DNA of 42,200 bases, taken from the UHGV virus genome UHGV-0106589; one strand, 5' to 3'. Shown in pieces: positions 35,958 to 42,200 of the stretch. The notes beneath the pieces were generated by a model, which saw only the letters and a list, made by a program, of their open reading frames with translations, was not told where the DNA came from and did no database searches. The first letter of the stretch is position 1. Each line of letters starts with the position of its first letter. Source of the stretch: a virus. The translations under genes and the position numbers were made by a program.

Positions 35958-36145
35958 TTTTCCCAGTCCTCCATTTCAGCCCAATTCCCGGAATAATACC
36001 AGTCCACAAACTCCTGCTTCTCTTCCAGAGTGGCATTTGCACACCGTTCCAAGGCGTACTGATATGCCTGATCTTCTTCTACGATCGTCCCAGCCTCAGG
36101 GCCTATTCCTTTGTAGTACATTCTTTCTCCTTCTTCTCGTCGCAT
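35954..36145 (-). CDS. small early hypothetical protein
   Basis: ORF coupled to neighbours. Confidence 0.3.
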   Translation of the reverse strand: MRREEGERMYYKGIGPEAGTIVEEDQAYQYALERCANATLEEKQEFVDWYYSGNWAEMEDWEK

Positions 36146-36339
36146 TCAGCACCCAAATCGAACCCCAATACTGCCGCCACAGTCTCACATTCGATCATCG
36201 TATACCTGCTTGCCTTAATGATTCCAGCCAGCGCATTGACCCGCCCCATAAGCATCAGGGCTTCCTCATACTGGTTGTCTGCGCAAAAAACATCGTTTTT
36301 TCGGTTTGCCATCTTGATTTTCCCTCGGTTCTCCCTCAT
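36103..36339 (-). CDS. small early hypothetical protein
   Basis: ORF. Confidence 0.3.
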   Translation of the reverse strand: MRENRGKIKMANRKNDVFCADNQYEEALMLMGRVNALAGIIKASRYTMIECETVAAVLGFDLGAECDEKKEKECTTKE

Positions 36340-36357
36340 AATAGAGGGTGTTGATTT

Positions 36358-36684
36358 TTAGTTTCCGGACCTAACACAGTTGCCGCTGTGCAGGTCCTTT
36401 TTCAGTTGCCTGAGTTCACAAAGGATCTGATCCATTTTCCCAGGCCTGTCCAGCCGCTCCTCAAAATGTCGGGTAACAACTGCCTCTCTGCTCCATCCAG
36501 ATGCATAAAAATCCCCATCTACCATGCCGATATGTCCCCAAAAATGCATAATCGCTGTGGGATGGTTTCCTGTAAGCTCCTTCTTGCTTTCCTGCAGCCC
36601 ATTGATCTGCAAACACAGATCCAGCGCCTCACAGATCTGCTGTCTCCTGCGCTTCTCGATCTTACGCTTCAATCTCTGATTCAT
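36358..36684 (-). CDS. early hypothetical protein (108 aa)
   Basis: ORF. Confidence 0.35.
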   Translation of the reverse strand: MNQRLKRKIEKRRRQQICEALDLCLQINGLQESKKELTGNHPTAIMHFWGHIGMVDGDFYASGWSREAVVTRHFEERLDRPGKMDQILCELRQLKKDLHSGNCVRSGN

Positions 36685-36699
36685 ACATTTTATCTCCTC

Positions 36700-36924
36700 T
36701 CACAGTGCTATGATTCCGGCGGCCATCAAAAACAGCACCGCTGATTCCATCCCCAGCAGGAACGCCATCACCGTAGACAGTCTGCCAAACAGGCGCACAT
36801 CCTTATGGCTCTGATCCAGCTGTTCCCTCATGATCCGGCCCAGCTTCAGGATCTGCTGTTCCTCTTCCTGAGTAACTACAACGCCCTCCACTGGGGGCTG
36901 ATACTTAATTACTTCTGATTGCAT
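36700..36924 (-). CDS. small membrane protein (74 aa, C-terminal TM)
   Basis: VMAFLLGMESAVLFLMAAGIIAL. Confidence 0.35.
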   Translation of the reverse strand: MQSEVIKYQPPVEGVVVTQEEEQQILKLGRIMREQLDQSHKDVRLFGRLSTVMAFLLGMESAVLFLMAAGIIAL

Positions 36925-37123
36925 GATTCCCTCCTTCTTCCGGCTGTGCCACCGGATACTTCTCTATAAATTGTTCCAGATCCGAACCCCGGATCTTTTT
37001 CTGCCCTAATAACAGGTACGGCAGCTGTCCGGTGTTTATCAGTTCATATACCTTTGAGGTATTGACCCGTAAAACCTGGGACGCTTCCTTGACCGTATAT
37101 AATGGTTGATAGGGTGCTACCAT
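36905..37123 (-). CDS. excisionase-family HTH DNA-binding protein
   Basis: YTVKEASQVLRVNTSKVYELINTGQLPYLLLGQKKIRGSDLEQFIEK resembles the Xis-type HTH (TIGR01764-like). Confidence 0.55.
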   Translation of the reverse strand: MVAPYQPLYTVKEASQVLRVNTSKVYELINTGQLPYLLLGQKKIRGSDLEQFIEKYPVAQPEEGGNHAIRSN

Positions 37124-37214
37124 CTTTTTTCACCTCCCTTGTCATTTCTTCCCCTCTGCCCTATACTGTACTCACAGGCCCCGCCAGGCCAAGTACAAAA
37201 GAAAGGGCATTATT

Positions 37215-38039
37215 ATGAACACAGATTACCAATCTCTCATAGCCGCAATTTCCGCATTTCAAAATTCTTTAGAAAAAATGAATGTGGATTTGACCGCTGC
37301 CTACTCCCCCATAATTCAATCCATTTCACAAATGCAAAGTATACTTGCTTCTGCCATGTATCCACAGGCAATCTTAACCACTCGAATGCAAGATATGTTA
37401 AATACTTTGCTGATACCTATTCATGAAATGCAGTATTCTGTGAATGTATCAATTGCAAATAGTATTGCTAATTCTTTAACTGCTAACGACTCTGTTATCC
37501 AAGATTTAACAAAAGATATTCAGAAGAACCTTGTTAATTTTAGCTCCCATATCTCAACTGCTTTTTCTTCGATATTGGAAAATATTTCATTTCATCAGGA
37601 ATATGTAGAAGTGCCTGAATATTTATACTCTTTGACTATTCATGAGAATGAATATCCACAAGAAATTCCTCTTACCGTTGAGACCCCACTTCCAAAACGA
37701 CGTATAACGCTGGAGTTCTTTTTAAGTTGTATATTACCGAATATAATTGCTTTATTCAGCGTGTGGCTGACCATCTACTATCACAACATAGATGCATCTT
37801 CTCAAAATACCTCTGCACAAGCTGAAGCCGCTATGTTCGAAAGTTACACTGAATCGTTGAATCGCCTTAATGACTCTGTATCTGCACTCAACGATTATTT
37901 AGTATCTCAGTCAAAGTTGTCTCCAGATTCATGTTCAAGTGTTGCAACAAATTCAAATGCTGTTCCTGCAGCAGCTGAATCTGATTCCGCAACTGCTGGT
38001 GAATCTGAAAATCTTGATACGCCCCAACAGCCTGATTAA
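37215..38039 (+). CDS. plus-strand AT-rich moron: coiled-coil / single-TM protein (274 aa)
   Basis: On the lysogen-expressed strand. TM segment ITLEFFLSCILPNIIALFSVWLTIYY. Low-complexity Ser/Ala-rich C-terminus. Confidence 0.5.
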   Translation: MNTDYQSLIAAISAFQNSLEKMNVDLTAAYSPIIQSISQMQSILASAMYPQAILTTRMQDMLNTLLIPIHEMQYSVNVSIANSIANSLTANDSVIQDLTKDIQKNLVNFSSHISTAFSSILENISFHQEYVEVPEYLYSLTIHENEYPQEIPLTVETPLPKRRITLEFFLSCILPNIIALFSVWLTIYYHNIDASSQNTSAQAEAAMFESYTESLNRLNDSVSALNDYLVSQSKLSPDSCSSVATNSNAVPAAAESDSATAGESENLDTPQQPD

Positions 38040-38145
38040 TTGATATAACCGCTATTGCTATCCAAACCATAGTGATATGCGGTTTATTTTTTTCTACCAT
38101 CTCTCTCACCTCCCGTCCTCAGTCTCTTTTAATAGTTCCTCACCC

Positions 38146-38874
38146 TTACGCTATCCCTAAATTCATCTGAGAATTTGCTTCGCTAATCAGCTCCTCTAAA
38201 TAAGTGGGAACCTCATAGCAGTCAATCAGCTCATGGGCGTCTGCTATGTACTTCCGTTTCAGCGCTTTGTATGACTGGGGCCGGCCACTATCATCGTAAA
38301 TTCCGAACTCCCTCTTGACCTGATCGTAAATATCTCGGTACACCTTGGAACGGATTTCTGTATCCTTATAAGCTTCCGACTGCTTTCCTCCTAATACGGC
38401 TACGCCCTTGCGTTTTACATGACTGGAAAGCTCATCTGCTTCAGAACCGTACAGAGGGATGTCGTACTCAAGTCTATCCATACGCTGCTCCATCTTGACT
38501 TGTTTCTGATCGATCATCAGAATGGCTTTCATCTCGGTGGACATATTAGGCATCTCATAGGAACCGGTCTTGCGGAGGGTGGGAAGAACTTCATCAAATA
38601 CCCAACTTTCAAAGCGTTCTGCGGACTCCAGCTTACTGTGAGTAATAAGACGGTACATATCACCTTCACCAATAAAGTTAACATCTTGCATCTTACCACT
38701 GATAGGGGTAGAACGTTTCGTTATAGCCCTACAATGGTCATTGATTGCTTTATTAGGATTTGTATATCCCAACGCTTTTGCCACATCACTTGCCATGAAA
38801 TACGGCTTTTCATCGATCTCAACCGTTCTGATCTGGCCGAACTCCTCATTATTAAAAATCATTAACTCGTGCAT
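38146..38874 (-). CDS. antirepressor (BRO-N / KilAC domain)
   Basis: FMASDVAKALGYTNPNKAINDHC Bro-N signature. 242 aa. Confidence 0.75.
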   Translation of the reverse strand: MHELMIFNNEEFGQIRTVEIDEKPYFMASDVAKALGYTNPNKAINDHCRAITKRSTPISGKMQDVNFIGEGDMYRLITHSKLESAERFESWVFDEVLPTLRKTGSYEMPNMSTEMKAILMIDQKQVKMEQRMDRLEYDIPLYGSEADELSSHVKRKGVAVLGGKQSEAYKDTEIRSKVYRDIYDQVKREFGIYDDSGRPQSYKALKRKYIADAHELIDCYEVPTYLEELISEANSQMNLGIA

Positions 38875-38912
38875 TTTGTGTAACCTCCTTTTTTTGTTGC
38901 GCTATGCAACCA

Positions 38913-39116
38913 TTAGCCAAAAAAATATATTTGAAATTCCTCCGGCTTAATATCTAATAATTCTGCTAACTTTTCGGCTTCATTCAAATCCATTGGACGA
39001 ACATTATTGATTTTTTGATTTACCGTTGGTTGAGCGATTCCCAAAATATTTGCAACATCTTTTTGCGTCAAACCTTTTTCAACAAGGCGTCCTTTTAATT
39101 TGTTGCTATTTATCAA
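38913..39116 (-). CDS. Cro-like XRE-family HTH regulator (67 aa from TTG)
   Basis: RBS AAGGAGGGG sits 7 nt upstream of TTG. HTH LTQKDVANILGIAQPTVNQKIN. Divergent from the repressor gene. Confidence 0.65.
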   Translation of the reverse strand: MINSNKLKGRLVEKGLTQKDVANILGIAQPTVNQKINNVRPMDLNEAEKLAELLDIKPEEFQIYFFG

Positions 39117-39249
39117 TGGTCTCCCCTCCTTTCTACTGCATTGTAGCACTGTGCAACCTAGTTGTCAATAGCGTTATGCAACTTTTTTTATTATTTTTCA
39201 TTTCTTCTATTGCACAGTGCAATAAACTGTGCTATATTATACATAGGAG
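39117..39249. promoter_or_regulatory. divergent lysogeny-switch region with palindromic operators TTGCAC-N-GTGCAA
   Basis: tagCACTGTGCaa (39144-39156), TTGCACAGTGCAA (39208-39220) and the half-site aaaCTGTGCta (39223-39233) lie between the divergent cro-like and cI-like genes. Confidence 0.55.
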
Positions 39250-40212
39250 GTGAGTCACACGGACGTAAAACTTATAGGTGAACGAATTAAATATGCCAGA
39301 TCTTTGCGTAATCGTACATTAGACGACGTAGCAAATGATATTGGAGTTACAAAATCCACTATACAACGATACGAAAATGGTTTAATAGGTAAGCCGAAAA
39401 TTCCTGTATTAGAATCCATTGCAAAATCATTAAGAGTAAATCCTTCATGGGTATCCGGACAGAATGTCCCTATGGAATACCGTTCTCTAAACTTTCCGAC
39501 AAAGCCCGATGATTGCCCTTTTAATTCTGCATTGGCTAAATTACAGAACAATGATTATTCTCTAACCCAAGAGGAACAGGAGGCCCTTAAAGAAAGGCTC
39601 CCCTCAGTAATGGAACGTGCAACAAAGGCTTTGGATAATTTTTCTTATAAATTATCCTCTCCATATGAAGTTGAAAAAGCCAACGAATTACTTAAAAATT
39701 TTGTTCTGCTAAACAGCGTAGGGAAAGACAAGGCCATTGAGCAGGTGACATTATTAACTAAAATACCTGATTATCAGGATTTAAACGCTAGAGATACCAG
39801 TCATACAACTATCATAGAATTTCACCCTAAACCAAAGAACAAAATTCTTGTCCTTCCCTACTTCCGTGCCGGAGTATCTGCCGGATCGGGTATTTTCATC
39901 CTTGGCAATGAGGCAGAGGACGAAATAGAGTTACCCAATCTGCCAGAGTATGAAGCAGCTGACTTTGCCATTGACGTAAACGGCGACAGCATGGAACCGG
40001 ATTTCTCTCATGAGGATATTGCACTGGTGCAACGGGACGCGGAAATGCATATCGGCGATATTGGCGTATTCATAGTAAATGGGGATGCCTTTATTAAGGA
40101 ATTAGGGGGAAAAGAACTGATTTCCAGAAACAAAAAGTATAAAAATATTCCCATTCATGAAGGGGATAACGTAGTCTGTATGGGAAAAGTGATCGGAAAA
40201 GTACTCTATTAA
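39250..40212 (+). CDS. CI-like repressor: XRE HTH plus S24 (LexA-type) autopeptidase
   Basis: N-terminal HTH LDDVANDIGVTKSTIQRYENG. C-terminal GDSMEP...FIKEL Ser/Lys dyad. GTG start is tight against the RBS, so the exact start is uncertain. Confidence 0.8.
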   Translation: MSHTDVKLIGERIKYARSLRNRTLDDVANDIGVTKSTIQRYENGLIGKPKIPVLESIAKSLRVNPSWVSGQNVPMEYRSLNFPTKPDDCPFNSALAKLQNNDYSLTQEEQEALKERLPSVMERATKALDNFSYKLSSPYEVEKANELLKNFVLLNSVGKDKAIEQVTLLTKIPDYQDLNARDTSHTTIIEFHPKPKNKILVLPYFRAGVSAGSGIFILGNEAEDEIELPNLPEYEAADFAIDVNGDSMEPDFSHEDIALVQRDAEMHIGDIGVFIVNGDAFIKELGGKELISRNKKYKNIPIHEGDNVVCMGKVIGKVLY

Positions 40213-40261
40213 AACGCCAAAGGCGGTTTAATAAAAACCAAAAGAAGAGAGGAAGATTGGT

Positions 40262-40795
40262 ATGAAAAAGACAAAATTATTCTTAGCAACGCTTATGATG
40301 TCAACCATTTTAGCCAATACTGTTTTAGCAGGGACGTGGACACATACCCATGAAACTGACAGCAGCATTAACACTTATGATAATCTTTGGTTCTATGTAA
40401 AAGATAATGGTGAGTATGCTGAAAATGAATGGATTCAAGATGAAGGTGGTACATGGTATTGGATAGATAATGGCGGAACATTACCATCTTGGCCCGGCGT
40501 AGCAACCGATGGATGTTTATATGATTCAACCGGCAAATATATTGACATGACTATTGATGGAAGAAAATACGCTTCAGAAGATCTCTACAATCAGCTTCAA
40601 GAAGGCATGACCTACGATCAAGTAATATCTATCTTAGGCAAAGAACATGAAGTTAGAAATACTGAACGTAGACAAATAGGAAGTGAAACCTACGACTATT
40701 TACAAGTGCGTTGGTATTCCCAAGATGCAGAGTCCAGTATACGAATTACATTTAAAAATGGTCTTCTCCATGCCCGTCATGCAACTTGGAGATAG
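40262..40795 (+). CDS. secreted protein moron between repressor and integrase
   Basis: Signal peptide MKKTKLFLATLMMSTILANTVLAGT. WYWIDNGG cell-wall-binding-like motif. Plus strand, so lysogen-expressed. Confidence 0.55.
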   Translation: MKKTKLFLATLMMSTILANTVLAGTWTHTHETDSSINTYDNLWFYVKDNGEYAENEWIQDEGGTWYWIDNGGTLPSWPGVATDGCLYDSTGKYIDMTIDGRKYASEDLYNQLQEGMTYDQVISILGKEHEVRNTERRQIGSETYDYLQVRWYSQDAESSIRITFKNGLLHARHATWR

Positions 40796-40913
40796 TTCTT
40801 TATAACACAAAAACCGCCCCTGCGCCAACAGGAACGGCTTTAGATAAATTCTGTACAGGCCCGTAGGTCTGATACAATATAGCTTAACCACCTACATTGT
40901 ACCATACCTCCAC

Positions 40914-40937
40914 ACACCTGTACAGGTGTATTTTTAT
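40914..40937 (+). terminator. perfect 16-bp palindrome ACACCTGTACAGGTGT plus T-run: terminator or operator upstream of int
   Basis: Hairpin-capable palindrome followed by ATTTTTAT. Lies about 40 nt upstream of the int RBS. Confidence 0.4.
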
Positions 40938-40946
40938 ACCCAAAAA

Positions 40947-40962
40947 TGTGCGACGTCGCAAC
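40947..40962. repeat. palindrome family member TGTGCGACGTCGCAAC
   Basis: Same 16-mer as the reverse complement of 7285-7300. Sits 18 nt upstream of the int start codon. Confidence 0.7.
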
Positions 40963-40979
40963 AAATAGGAGGAATGATT

Positions 40980-42170
40980 ATGGGACAATTAAGAACACGC
41001 AAGCGCGGAGCAACCTGGGAGTGGTCTTTTGAGGGAGCACGAATCAATGGCAAACGTAATTCCATCAGCAAGGGCGGATACCGCACTAAGGCGGAAGCTC
41101 TGGCCGCTGGAACACAGGCAAAGGCGGAGTATGATAATGCCGGATCCCACTTTGTACCATCTGAGATATCTGTATCTGATTTCTATGAACTTTGGTTGGA
41201 AAAATATTGCAAAACAAATCTCAAAATAGATACCTACTTGAATTATAAGAAAAAAGTATCTCTCCACATCACTCCGATTCTTGGAAGCTATTATTTAAAA
41301 TCTCTAACCCCTGCCATTATACAGGGATTCATAAATGATAAATTCAATGCAGGGTATAGCCGAAATACGCTATCCGTGCTCAAAGGGCTTCTGACAGGTG
41401 CCCTTGACTATGCCGTAGAGCCTATGCAATTCATTAAATACAATCCTGCCAAAAGCGCAAAATTGCCACCCAAAAGGGCAACTTCCCAGATACCTACACG
41501 AAAAAAGATTCGTACTCCTATATCCGCTGAGGAATGGAGCATTATTATCGGCAGATTCCCGGAAGGGCATTCCTGCCATATCCCTCTACAGCTTGCATAC
41601 CGATGCGGTTTACGGCTTGGGGAATCGTTCGCGCTTACCTGGGACGATATTGATTTTGAGAACAGCACTTTGAGTGTCAATCAGCAAATTCAGAATGTAA
41701 ACGGCGCTTGGGTTTTCAGTAATCCGAAATATGATAGTTTCCGAACGATTGAATTAGATGAAAAAATGCTCAGTCTGTTGCGTAATACATACAACCACCA
41801 AGTTAAAGCAAAAGAATTTTATGAACAGTATTATACTCAACTCTATGTGGACGATCAATGCGTCCTGAATGCCGATGAACGCGGAAAGCCTATTCATATG
41901 ATAAACTGTCGTGAAAATGGTACTTATATCCAACCCAGAGTTATGCAGCACTGCTGCCGTGTGATTCATTACAATCTTGGCTTTAAAGATTTTGACTACC
42001 ATTCCCTCAGGCATACTCATGCAACTATGCTGCTGGAGGCCGGTGCCGATATAAAAGACGTTCAGAAAAGATTAGGGCACAAACATATTGATGTTACTCT
42101 TGATATATACAGCCATGCAACCCCTCGCATGGCCGCACATACGATTGATATTTTAAATCAAATCGAATAA
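40980..42170 (+). CDS. int: tyrosine-type site-specific integrase
   Basis: RBS AGGAGG sits 7 nt upstream. C-terminal catalytic region with R...HxxR...Y (LRHTHATMLLEAGADIKDVQKRLGHKHIDVTLDIYSH). Confidence 0.9.
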   Translation: MGQLRTRKRGATWEWSFEGARINGKRNSISKGGYRTKAEALAAGTQAKAEYDNAGSHFVPSEISVSDFYELWLEKYCKTNLKIDTYLNYKKKVSLHITPILGSYYLKSLTPAIIQGFINDKFNAGYSRNTLSVLKGLLTGALDYAVEPMQFIKYNPAKSAKLPPKRATSQIPTRKKIRTPISAEEWSIIIGRFPEGHSCHIPLQLAYRCGLRLGESFALTWDDIDFENSTLSVNQQIQNVNGAWVFSNPKYDSFRTIELDEKMLSLLRNTYNHQVKAKEFYEQYYTQLYVDDQCVLNADERGKPIHMINCRENGTYIQPRVMQHCCRVIHYNLGFKDFDYHSLRHTHATMLLEAGADIKDVQKRLGHKHIDVTLDIYSHATPRMAAHTIDILNQIE

Positions 42171-42200
42171 TCATTTGTCTACCACTCAAAAAAGGGTTGA

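Overview
Nearly the whole 42.2-kb window is one temperate siphovirus-like prophage of a low-GC Firmicute, probably Clostridia-like. Supporting that host call: choline-binding-type cell-wall repeats in the endolysin, an XhlA-like lysis protein, an ArpU-like late regulator, and TTG/GTG start codons. Most genes run on the minus strand. Gene order from right to left is as follows. Lysogeny module: tyrosine integrase (40980-42170 +), a secreted-protein moron, a CI-like HTH-S24 repressor (+), divergent operators, a Cro-like HTH (-), a BRO-N/KilAC antirepressor, a plus-strand membrane-protein moron and an excisionase-family HTH. Early region: small early ORFs, a recombination module (Rad52-family SSAP, NinB/Orf, Hjc-like resolvase), a DnaD-like replisome organiser with internal iterons, a Cys-rich 538-aa protein, a DUF551 protein and an orphan amino-methyltransferase. 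Late region: an ArpU/sigma-like late regulator, tRNA-Asn(GTT), an AT-rich moron, TerS, TerL, portal, a MuF-like minor head protein with a JAB/MPN-like C-terminal domain, scaffold, major capsid, four connector proteins, major tail protein, two overlapping tail chaperones, a 1274-aa tape measure and tail/baseplate proteins. Lysis region: a tail-fibre gene whose C-terminal cassette has an inverted, promoterless paralogue flanked by 23-bp inverted repeats (candidate invertible host-range switch), XhlA-like protein, holin, a 642-aa coiled-coil fibre-like protein and an amidase endolysin. The left 4 kb is an AT-rich accessory region. It holds an Fst-like 28-aa hydrophobic peptide, a two-gene module (unknown 209-aa protein plus XRE-HTH fused to an ImmA/IrrE metallopeptidase) with a near-consensus promoter, and a complete type III toxin-antitoxin locus (ToxN/AbiQ-family toxin, two ToxI-like repeats, terminator) flanked by patchy duplicated sequence. 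A 16-bp palindrome family (GTTGCGACGTCGCAAC) occurs five times across the prophage. No CRISPR array, rRNA, reverse transcriptase or dedicated invertase gene was seen.
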